This document shows positions 1 through 7,654 of a stretch of 64,000 bases of DNA, in pieces; positions within the stretch are counted from its first letter, which is position 1; every line of letters starts with the position of its first letter. The notes beneath the pieces are model-generated. The model was given only the letters and a program-made list of their open reading frames with translations, was not told the origin of the DNA and ran no database searches. A program made the translations under genes and the position numbers. The stretch is from Cytophagales bacterium (GTDB lineage: Bacteria > Bacteroidota > Bacteroidia > Cytophagales > CCMP332): positions 1,510,401 through 1,574,400 of the forward strand of contig OZ254081.1 of NCBI GenBank assembly GCA_965267505.1. The letters run 5' to 3'.

Positions 1-711
1 TCCTGAAACAATGGTTGATGGAGTACCAGCACCACTGGTGCTGGCCATCCAAATATTCCTTGCGCTTCTGTTGGCTAGAAACAACATCCCATTGTTTAGA
101 TCAATGCTCATCTGCCTTGCACCATTCAACCCATCAGTGGAATCGTAAAGAACCGTCGGGTTGTTCCCAGCCGTATCAAATGAAATGACCTCAGAAAAGG
201 TGTTTGCATACAAGGTTCCGGTAGAAGGATCATGTGCCAATCCTACAACGGCATCATTAAATGGGTGAGAGTAGATCAGGGTGGCCGTAGTTCCCGTGTC
301 CATGGTAAGAGGAGCAGAATATACTCCAGCACTTGCCGCCGTGAAGTAGTACTTTCCATTCGCAGGATCAATGACAACAGAATGCCTTTCGCAACAATTT
401 GTTCCTGAGTTCGGAATAGGCGTTGGGGTTGTAGTACCCGATGTGTCTCCTTCGTATACTTCCCAATTGTTGCCCCCTGTTATGTATAACAAACCGCTTA
501 TGGGATCGAAATCAAGACCAACGGGTCCGGCCGAAGCAAATGTAGCCGGATCATGAACAATGCTAGGTGTTCCTCCCATAGCACTTACCTTATAAACGCG
601 ATTTCCCCCAGTTCCGCTGAAAAACAGGGTGCTTGATTGCGAAAAAGACTGTTCCGATAGCAATAGAACGCCGACAACGGCAATGGTTAATTGACGTAAA
701 TAATTTTTCAT
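1..711 (-). CDS. Secreted beta-propeller-repeat protein, N-terminal 237 codons (3' end lies beyond window start)
   Basis: Absent from the ORF track because there is no stop inside the window. Reverse-complement reading from ATG at 711..709 gives MKNYLRQLTIAVVGVLLLSEQSFSQ (signal peptide). The frame then stays open to position 1, with recurring blade-like blocks (GPVGLDFDPISGLLYIT, HSVVIDPANGKYYFT, VGLAHDPSTGTLYAN, RQMSIDLNNGMLFLAN) resembling NHL/YWTD-type propeller repeats. Confidence 0.6.
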   Translation of the reverse strand, partial: MKNYLRQLTIAVVGVLLLSEQSFSQSSTLFFSGTGGNRVYKVSAMGGTPSIVHDPATFASAGPVGLDFDPISGLLYITGGNNWEVYEGDTSGTTTPTPIPNSGTNCCERHSVVIDPANGKYYFTAASAGVYSAPLTMDTGTTATLIYSHPFNDAVVGLAHDPSTGTLYANTFSEVISFDTAGNNPTVLYDSTDGLNGARQMSIDLNNGMLFLANRSARNIWMASTSGAGTPSTIVSG

Positions 712-1100
712 AGTAAATGTTCAAGTATAAATTTTAAGATTCGAAGGGTAAAATTAGCTAAGAATAAAAGCTTAGTCAGCCATTCAAACAAAATTCGAGG
801 CTTCGATTTTTTACTAAAGCCATTAGGTGCGCATGATTTGAAGTGTGCTCCAAAATCCTTGCCTCAGCAATTACCAATATCAATTTTAGGAGGCACTTGA
901 CCAAATACCATTAGGAAATAAAAGTCAGGAATAAAAAAGGCCTATTGGAGAGTCTTAGATCGGGTAAGGAATCAGGTTTGCTTTAAACTAAAATCTTTCG
1001 GATTTTAAATTTAGCCACGGTTTCAATGCACTTTATGTTCCTAAGGCTATTGAAACTAGAGTAAATCCAAGCCTGAGAAAATCCAGATGGAATAAGAATT

Positions 1101-1517
1101 TTAAGGATTCTTTATGTCGAAGTAATAACCTTTTTGGCCCAAGGAATTCTGTTTCCCTTTCTTCTTTGGAACAGAGATCAGATTCAAGGGTACCCTTTGT
1201 TTTTCGGCCAACTCCTTAATCATTCGGGTTCCGGGGGATACCCCATCCCAAAAAAGTATGCATTCATCTGCCACAAACAGCATTGATTTATTCCGTACAT
1301 ACAAAGCCGCTTGCCGAAATCTGTTGAATTCGATCGGAAAGGTCTGAACCTTGAAGCCATAACTATTGGCGAACTTCTTGACCATCTTATCAACTGTTCC
1401 ATTGATTCCACACAGGATCTCTACCTCTTCATGTTTTGAAAATTCCAGGCGCAAACGCACTTCCAGAACTGGATAGGAATTAAAATGATTTGAGCCGGTT
1501 ACAATGATCTTCCTCAC
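1101..1517 (-). CDS. DUF2493/SLOG-like small protein
   Basis: 138-aa ORF. The pattern MRKIIVTGSNHF..EILCG..G.D....FA...G resembles the DUF2493 (SLOG fold, DprA/Smf-related) family often carried on mobile DNA. Recognised from memory only. Confidence 0.5.
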   Translation of the reverse strand: MRKIIVTGSNHFNSYPVLEVRLRLEFSKHEEVEILCGINGTVDKMVKKFANSYGFKVQTFPIEFNRFRQAALYVRNKSMLFVADECILFWDGVSPGTRMIKELAEKQRVPLNLISVPKKKGKQNSLGQKGYYFDIKNP

Positions 1518-1627
1518 TGGGAAAAATAGTCTTCCAAAATATCGGCTTTGGTTTAAACTCCCAAGAACAAAAAGGAAATCTTTTGTCCTGGGAATAATTT
1601 CCTAACAAACCTGTCTCTAAATGTTTC

Positions 1628-1792
1628 TTACTTATCCTTTGCTGCCTTGCTCTTTGTGGCTTTGCTCTTTGCTGCAGGCTTAGCTGGCTTGGCTGGTTCT
1701 GCTACCTTTTTGTTTTTGCTGGTTGGTCGGGTCTTTCCAAATGACCCGCTACTGATCTTTCCTTTTTTTGAACGTTTGTCTCCTTTTCCCAT
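1628..1792 (-). CDS. Small Lys/Ala/Pro-rich basic protein (54 aa), histone-H1-like composition
   Basis: Hand translation of the minus strand: MGKGDKRSKKGKISSGSFGKTRPTSKNKKVAEPAKPAKPAAKSKATKSKAAKDK, then TAA. It is below the 60-aa ORF-track cutoff, lies 14 nt downstream of the 62-aa ORF, and is co-oriented with it. Confidence 0.4.
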   Translation of the reverse strand: MGKGDKRSKKGKISSGSFGKTRPTSKNKKVAEPAKPAKPAAKSKATKSKAAKDK

Positions 1793-1806
1793 GTGGTTTG
1801 GTATTA

Positions 1807-1995
1807 TTATTCGTTTTTGATCTGCATTGAGATCTGATGTTGCAATTCCTCTAGCTCTTCCTGTCTTTTCGAAAGCTTTTTTCTCTCATCCGTCATAGGG
1901 CCGCCTTTCATCGGTTCCATTTCCAAGGCGATCTTGTACAATAATTCTTCGATCGCTTCGATCAGAACTGGCCCATATTTTGCCTCAATCTTCAA
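1807..1995 (-). CDS. Hypothetical small protein (62 aa)
   Basis: ORF track. Charged, helical-looking sequence with no recognisable motif. Its position fits a divergent arrangement with msrA. Confidence 0.35.
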   Translation of the reverse strand: MKIEAKYGPVLIEAIEELLYKIALEMEPMKGGPMTDERKKLSKRQEELEELQHQISMQIKNE

Positions 1996-2059
1996 TATTC
2001 AGGATTGCATGTCGCGTGCAGGACTTAAAATAAAGGAATATCCAAGAAATATTTGAAAC

Positions 2060-2683
2060 ATGAAGAATATGAAAATCGCATTTATCTTCTTTTTTTGCCT
2101 TGCATCCGCAGGTACGGTTTTAGGAGGTGATGCAACAGGAAAGGAATCAGCAATGAAAGAGACAGCAACGTTTGGAGCAGGATGCTTCTGGTGTGTAGAA
2201 GCAATATTCACAGAGCTTAAAGGAGTAAGTTCAGTTGTATCGGGCTACTCGGGAGGCAAGGTTAGCAACCCTTCCTATAAGGCTGTGTGCAGTGGAACCA
2301 CAGGACATGCAGAAGTGGCGCAGATCGAGTTTGACCCCGAGGTGATCAGTTTTACGGATCTACTTGAAGTTTTTTGGCAAACCCATGATCCAACCACCTT
2401 GAATCGCCAGGGGGCTGATAAAGGCACTCAGTACCGGTCGGTGATCTACTATCATTCAGAAGAGCAAAAGAATCTTGCTGTAAAGTATAAGGCTAAGCTC
2501 GATGAGGTGGGTGCTTATCCAGACCCGATCGTTACAGAGATCAGCAAATTCGAAAAGTTCTACCCAGCGGAAAATTATCACCAGGAATATTATGAGAACA
2601 ATCCAAATGCAGGTTACTGCACTTATGTGATCAAGCCGAAGGTTGAAAAATTCAAGAAGGCTTTTGCCGATAAATTAAAATAA
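2060..2683 (+). CDS. msrA: Peptide-methionine (S)-S-oxide reductase MsrA with N-terminal signal-like segment
   Basis: Catalytic motif GAGCFWCVE, then the conserved GHAEVV/AQIEFDP and YHQ.Y blocks. The N-terminus MKNMKIAFIFFFCLASAGTVLGG is hydrophobic and signal-like. Confidence 0.9.
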   Translation: MKNMKIAFIFFFCLASAGTVLGGDATGKESAMKETATFGAGCFWCVEAIFTELKGVSSVVSGYSGGKVSNPSYKAVCSGTTGHAEVAQIEFDPEVISFTDLLEVFWQTHDPTTLNRQGADKGTQYRSVIYYHSEEQKNLAVKYKAKLDEVGAYPDPIVTEISKFEKFYPAENYHQEYYENNPNAGYCTYVIKPKVEKFKKAFADKLK

Positions 2684-2707
2684 GACAGAAATAAAGAACT
2701 CAAATCC

Positions 2708-2730
2708 AAGGCCCCAAGGGGCCTTTTTTT
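2708..2730 (+). terminator. Rho-independent terminator after msrA
   Basis: AAGGCCCCAAGGGGCCTTTTTTT: GC-rich hairpin (GGCC.../...GGCC) followed by a T7 run, 25 nt after the msrA stop. Confidence 0.6.
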
Positions 2731-2798
2731 ATGCATGGCAAATTGACAGAAGAATTGAACTGGTCCGAATTCTGATAGGTTATCTAAAAAAAGAGGTT

Positions 2799-3566
2799 AT
2801 GGATTTCAATAGGGAAATTTTAGAAGAAAGTAAGGCCCAACCGGTTCTGGTTGATTTTTGGGCCCCATGGTGTGGGCCCTGTCAATATTTAGGCCCTGGC
2901 TTGGAGGAATTGGAAAAAGAAGCAGGGGGAAAATGGAAGCTGGTTAAGATCAATACCGATGAGCATCAAAGTGTTGCGGCAGAACATGGCGTTCGTGGGA
3001 TTCCTGATGTTCGTCTTTACGTGGATGGCAAAGAAGTAAACCGCTTTACGGGTGCGCTTCCAAAATACCAGGTGGAAGAATGGCTGAAGAAAAACCTACC
3101 CGATGATCGGAAAAAGGAATTGGACCAGATCCTCGCTTCTATGAATGGGTCTACCCAGGAACTCGAAGATTTTGTTTCCAAATACCCTGATATGCCTGAT
3201 GCCTCAATGGCTTTAGCAGAGAAGGTTTTGATCAAAAAACCTGAGCTTTCCTCTCAAATGCTAAAAAGAATACCGCCCGTAAATGAGAATTACCAAAAGG
3301 CCCAAAACCTGATCCCCCTGGTTCAGTTACTAAATTTTGAAAAGCAGGAAAATGATATCGGCACTTTGATCTTTGAGGCAAAAGAGTCAGTTCTATCCGG
3401 AGACTTTGAAGGAGCAATTGTTAAATTGATCGAAGCGGTAAGTTTGGAAAAATCCTTCTACGATGAGCTGGCAAGAAAAGCAACTATCGCGATATTCAAC
3501 TACCTGGGAGAAAAGAACGAATTGACCCTGAAACACAGGAGGCAGTTCGACATGGCTCTTTATTAG
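2799..3566 (+). CDS. Thioredoxin-domain protein with C-terminal helical (TPR-like) extension, YbbN/CnoX-like
   Basis: VLVDFWAPWCGPC thioredoxin active site plus the GIP cis-Pro loop (VRGIPDV). About 150 aa of helical C-terminal extension. No signal peptide. Confidence 0.85.
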   Translation: MDFNREILEESKAQPVLVDFWAPWCGPCQYLGPGLEELEKEAGGKWKLVKINTDEHQSVAAEHGVRGIPDVRLYVDGKEVNRFTGALPKYQVEEWLKKNLPDDRKKELDQILASMNGSTQELEDFVSKYPDMPDASMALAEKVLIKKPELSSQMLKRIPPVNENYQKAQNLIPLVQLLNFEKQENDIGTLIFEAKESVLSGDFEGAIVKLIEAVSLEKSFYDELARKATIAIFNYLGEKNELTLKHRRQFDMALY

Positions 3567-3611
3567 GCTTTGTCAACCCTGTTTTTGATCTAGCTTTCTT
3601 AATTTTCCAAT

Positions 3612-4031
3612 ATGGCTAGAAGCACAATGGGACTTTTTGCTGGCTTGATTTCGGCATTTATTGTCATTGCCCTGGTAGAAATGTTAGGGCATAGCATTTA
3701 TCCACCCCCTGAAGGGCTTGATTTCTCTGACACTGAGCAGCTAAAAACCCATATTGATAAGCTCCCTTTTGGAGCATTATTTTTTGTTCTTCTAGCCTAC
3801 TGGATTGGATCTTTTGCCGGTGGTCTAACCCTGGGGATTATCGCTTCAAAAAAAGCAGTGATCTTTGCATTAATACTTGGTGGATTATTGACCATTGCGG
3901 GTCTATTTAATCTATTGGATCTTCCTGGCCATCCGATTTGGTTTTGGATCCTTAGCCTGGCCTCCTATATCCCTTTTACACTTTTTGGCTTAAAATATTC
4001 TTCAATTCTTATCAAACAAAGTCAAGCTTGA
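3612..4031 (+). CDS. Small integral membrane protein (4 predicted TM helices)
   Basis: 139-aa ORF with four hydrophobic stretches (LFAGLISAFIVIALV, ALFFVLLAYWIGSFAGGL, VIFALILGGLLTIAGLF, IWFWILSLASYIPFTLF). Confidence 0.6.
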   Translation: MARSTMGLFAGLISAFIVIALVEMLGHSIYPPPEGLDFSDTEQLKTHIDKLPFGALFFVLLAYWIGSFAGGLTLGIIASKKAVIFALILGGLLTIAGLFNLLDLPGHPIWFWILSLASYIPFTLFGLKYSSILIKQSQA

Positions 4032-4100
4032 AACACTTATAAGGTCACGTGTAAGTCCACCTTTAGAATATTACACGACATTCATTTAAAGGTTAAAACA

Positions 4101-4108
4101 TATTTTTG
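4101..4108 (+). promoter_or_regulatory. Candidate Bacteroidota sigma-A -7 box (TAnnTTTG)
   Basis: TATTTTTG matches TAnnTTTG. It overlaps the ORF-track TTG start at 4106 and lies 18 nt upstream of the in-frame GTG at 4127. Confidence 0.3.
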
Positions 4109-4126
4109 CCCAAAATCCAAAGACTT

Positions 4127-7100
4127 GTGAAAAAACTATTAACAACTTTTATCTTTCTTTTTTCCCTTTCATTCTTAGCAATAGCCTCAGGCGATGTCAT
4201 CAGCTTCAGAGCTTTTGAGGTACAAGCTCCTCAAAATCTGGAGAACTATTCTGACTGGGCTCCTGAAGACCGGGAACTTGTTGGAAACGAGTTTTTTAGA
4301 ATAATCCAGTTCGAGCAAATTCCCAGTCAGGAACAAAAGGAAGCTCTTGAGGAAAAAGGAGTAAGGTTTATCTACTACCAGCCTTACAAAGCGTATTATG
4401 TAGGAATGCAAAAGGAGATCCATTCAAAAGATCTCGAAGGCTATGGTATAAGATCCCTATTCAAATACGAGGCTGCTTTTAAAATGACCGAGCATGTCGT
4501 TGCAGGGAATATTCCATCCCATGCTAAACTCGGAAATGGAAAGGCAGAGTACATAGTATCCTACCTGGACGATATTTCAGAAGCCCAGATAGAATCATTG
4601 TTAAGCAAGGAAGGCTATGAGGCAAACGAAATCAATGATCAGGGTTATGCTTTCACCATCGGGTTGGATCAAGCAAAATTGAATGATCTACTGGAGCTGC
4701 CATTCATTTACTATGTGGATTATGTTCCTGCTGAAGGAGAGCCTGAGAACAATACTGCAAGAACTCTCCATAGGTCAAGTGCTATCCACCCAGTATCCAT
4801 GGGATCAAACGGCTACGATGGAACCGGCGTTGTGCTTCAGGTACAAGACAATAGCCCGCTAAGTGGAGGAAACGCGCATATCGACCACCATGGCAGATTA
4901 AACACCAACTTTTATTCAGGGCCCACCAGTACACACGGCGCACACGTAATGGGAACCGTACTTGGTGCAGGAAACCTGAACCCATTGGCAGAAGGAATGG
5001 CCAGCGGAGCCTTTGCATACAAGTATGGCCCGGGCAATGCAAACTATAATGCTGTACCAAACCTGGTAACAAATTCAGGACTGGTGATCACTCAAAAATC
5101 TTACAGTAATGGTTGCAATGCTGGATATACCTCCCTTACAAGACAGCTAGATCAACAGGTTAACGATGCGAACCAGTTACTTCACGTTTTTTCAGCAGGA
5201 AACTCAAATGGATCAAACTGTGGTTATGGTGCCGGAAACCAATGGGGAAATGTAACCGGGGGGCATAAGATTGCCAAAAATGCCATAGCAACGGCTAATG
5301 TTACTGAGCTTGGAAACATTTCCGGTTCCTCTTCAAGGGGACCAGCTTGGGACGGAAGGATCAAGCCCGACCTCAGTGCAAAAGGAACTCAGGTTCTTTC
5401 AACTTATCCTGCAAACACTTATGCCACCATTTCGGGAACTTCGATGGCCGCTCCCGGAATTGCCGGTGTCTCCGCTCAGCTATATCAAGCATACAGGGAA
5501 AACAATGTACAGGCAAACCCTCCTGGTGGATTGATAAAAGCAATCATGCAAAACACTGCTGAGGACCTGGGTAATGCGGGTCCAGATTTCATTTATGGAT
5601 ATGGACATGTAAATGCTCTTCGGTCTGCAGAAGTGATAGAAAATTCCATGTTCATGATAGACACCATTAGTCAAGGGGATTCACTGGTATACAGCATAAA
5701 TGTTCCGGCAGGTAGCCAAAAGTTAAGGGTTATGCTGTACTGGCCTGATGAAGCTGCATCCGTAAATGCAAATCCTTCTTTAGTTAACGACATCGACTTT
5801 TTGGTTTATGATCCGACCGCAACCGAATACAAGCCATGGGTTTTGAATCATGCTCCCAACCCCACTACTCTGGCTCAGCCAGCCGTAAGGGGAGATGATC
5901 ATTTGAACAATATGGAGCAGGTGACAATTGATCTTCCCGCTTCCGGGAACTACCAATTGGTGGCAAAGGGTTTCTCAATTCCCATGGGACCACAACAATT
6001 CTTCATTACTTATTATTTTGAAGATGACCAAATTGATGTGACTTACCCAAGAGGCGGAGAAACCATGCAGCCAGGAGAGAGCACAGTAATCCGCTGGGAT
6101 GCATATGGACTATCGGGGAACTTCTCGATCGATATCTCTTTGGATAGTGGAGCTACCTGGTCACCGGTAAGTACTTCAGTCCCCCAGGCAAGAAGGTACC
6201 ACAGCTGGATTGTTCCTTCAACCCCTACTCCTTATGCATTTATCAGAGTAAATAGAGGAGCTGTTTCAGGAGTCTCGCTTTATCCATTTTCAATAATGGC
6301 GGCTCCTACCAATCTGCAGGTAACAGCCTTGTGTACGGACTCAGCTGAGTTGACCTGGGCTTCCTCTGGAGGAGCAACAGGCTATGTGGTTAGGAAATTA
6401 GGCACCCAATACATGGATTCTGTCGGTTTTACCACGGGCAATTCATATTGGATCCCAATTACGCCTGGAAATGCAAACGAATGGTTTACCGTAAATGCTG
6501 TTGGACCTGGAAAGAGCTACAGCCGAAGAGCAAATGCAGTTCAAATGCCATCTGGCGGAGTATTCAATTGCCCGGAGAGTCCAATGGCAGATTTCACAGC
6601 TGTAACCGATAATATCTGTGTAGGAAAAACTGTTCAGCTTTTTGATGCATCAATAAATGTTACTACTTCCTGGGCATGGACCATTAGCCCTGGTACTTTT
6701 ACCTATGTAAATGGAACTTCGGCGAACAGCCAAAACCCTGAAGTACAATTCACGGCATCCGGTTCTTATGATGTTTCCCTGACCGCCACCAATGCGCAGG
6801 GAAGTGGTTCTGAGACCAAAGTATCCTTCATTACAACCATTGATGGCGATCCTACACCACTTGAAGAATATTTCACTCAGTTTCAATTCCCTCCTGTATC
6901 CTGGGAAGTACAAAACCCAGATAACGATTGGACCTGGGGAAGAATTCCTTCTGTGATCGGACCTATAGGAGCTGTTACGTCCGCATCGGTAATCATCAAC
7001 TACCCTCATAATGTAGTGGGACATGAAGATGCTATGCTTCCCTACATTATGGACATCTCAGGCTTCCAAAACCCCATACTTTTATTTGACATGTCGCATG

Positions 7101-7654
7101 CGTTGAGGCACCAAACCTTGAGTCCATCTTTAAGGGTTGAGGTTTCAACAGATTGCGGGGACACTTTCCAGCCTACTGGCTACGATAAGTCAGGAAATGA
7201 CCTTGGAACTGTTCCTTTTGGACAGGGGGCCAGTTATTGGGTTCCGACAAGTGCTTCGCATTGGAGAACAGATACAGTTCCACTAGCCGCATTTGTTGGA
7301 GATGAAGTCCAGATCAAGTTTGTTTCGGTTAGTGCTATCGCTGCTAACAATACCTATATAGACAATGTAAGGGTCGTGGAAGGAATTACCGGGCTTGAAG
7401 ATATTGGGTCTTTGGCTAACCTAAGGGCTTTTCCAAATCCAACTACCGGAGTACTTCATCTGGACTGGAAGGCTGAGTACGGCTTGAATGACATTGAAGT
7501 AATGGATTCCAAAGGAATGTCTTTGAAGCGCATTTCACCTGATGCCAATTCAGGCAATATCGATCTGGATCTGACCAATCTTTCGGCAGGTCTATACCTG
7601 ATCAGATTAGGATTCGAAGAGGGTGCTCATGTGATCAAGGTCAATCTGAAGTGA
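4127..7654 (+). CDS. Secreted multidomain subtilisin-like serine protease (S8) with FN3, PKD and T9SS C-terminal sorting domains
   Basis: S8 triad contexts DGTGVVLQVQD, HGAHVMGTV and GTSMAAPGIAG. FN3-like segment APTNLQVTALCTDSAELTWASSGGATGYVV. PKD-like segment ADFTAVTDNICVGKTVQLFDAS...YDVSLTATNAQGS. C-terminus FPNPTTGVLHLDW...LSAGLYLIRL is a T9SS CTD. The ORF track starts at TTG 4106; GTG 4127 instead gives a classical signal peptide (M)KKLLTTFIFLFSLSFLAIASG. Confidence 0.9.
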   Translation: MKKLLTTFIFLFSLSFLAIASGDVISFRAFEVQAPQNLENYSDWAPEDRELVGNEFFRIIQFEQIPSQEQKEALEEKGVRFIYYQPYKAYYVGMQKEIHSKDLEGYGIRSLFKYEAAFKMTEHVVAGNIPSHAKLGNGKAEYIVSYLDDISEAQIESLLSKEGYEANEINDQGYAFTIGLDQAKLNDLLELPFIYYVDYVPAEGEPENNTARTLHRSSAIHPVSMGSNGYDGTGVVLQVQDNSPLSGGNAHIDHHGRLNTNFYSGPTSTHGAHVMGTVLGAGNLNPLAEGMASGAFAYKYGPGNANYNAVPNLVTNSGLVITQKSYSNGCNAGYTSLTRQLDQQVNDANQLLHVFSAGNSNGSNCGYGAGNQWGNVTGGHKIAKNAIATANVTELGNISGSSSRGPAWDGRIKPDLSAKGTQVLSTYPANTYATISGTSMAAPGIAGVSAQLYQAYRENNVQANPPGGLIKAIMQNTAEDLGNAGPDFIYGYGHVNALRSAEVIENSMFMIDTISQGDSLVYSINVPAGSQKLRVMLYWPDEAASVNANPSLVNDIDFLVYDPTATEYKPWVLNHAPNPTTLAQPAVRGDDHLNNMEQVTIDLPASGNYQLVAKGFSIPMGPQQFFITYYFEDDQIDVTYPRGGETMQPGESTVIRWDAYGLSGNFSIDISLDSGATWSPVSTSVPQARRYHSWIVPSTPTPYAFIRVNRGAVSGVSLYPFSIMAAPTNLQVTALCTDSAELTWASSGGATGYVVRKLGTQYMDSVGFTTGNSYWIPITPGNANEWFTVNAVGPGKSYSRRANAVQMPSGGVFNCPESPMADFTAVTDNICVGKTVQLFDASINVTTSWAWTISPGTFTYVNGTSANSQNPEVQFTASGSYDVSLTATNAQGSGSETKVSFITTIDGDPTPLEEYFTQFQFPPVSWEVQNPDNDWTWGRIPSVIGPIGAVTSASVIINYPHNVVGHEDAMLPYIMDISGFQNPILLFDMSHALRHQTLSPSLRVEVSTDCGDTFQPTGYDKSGNDLGTVPFGQGASYWVPTSASHWRTDTVPLAAFVGDEVQIKFVSVSAIAANNTYIDNVRVVEGITGLEDIGSLANLRAFPNPTTGVLHLDWKAEYGLNDIEVMDSKGMSLKRISPDANSGNIDLDLTNLSAGLYLIRLGFEEGAHVIKVNLK

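Noticed and set aside
371-556. 61-aa plus-strand ORF from the track
   Set aside because: It lies entirely antisense to a much longer open minus-strand frame that has a signal peptide and propeller-like repeats.
712-1100. 389-bp AT-rich non-coding gap, examined for ncRNA, riboswitch, tRNA or mobile-element ends
   Set aside because: No convincing stems, conserved riboswitch cores, repeats or small ORFs were found by eye. There is only a weak A/T hairpin (TAAAATC-TTTCG-GATTTTA at about 988..1006) without a T-tract. It is probably the promoter and leader of the propeller gene. A covariance-model scan (Rfam/Infernal) would be needed to exclude an ncRNA.
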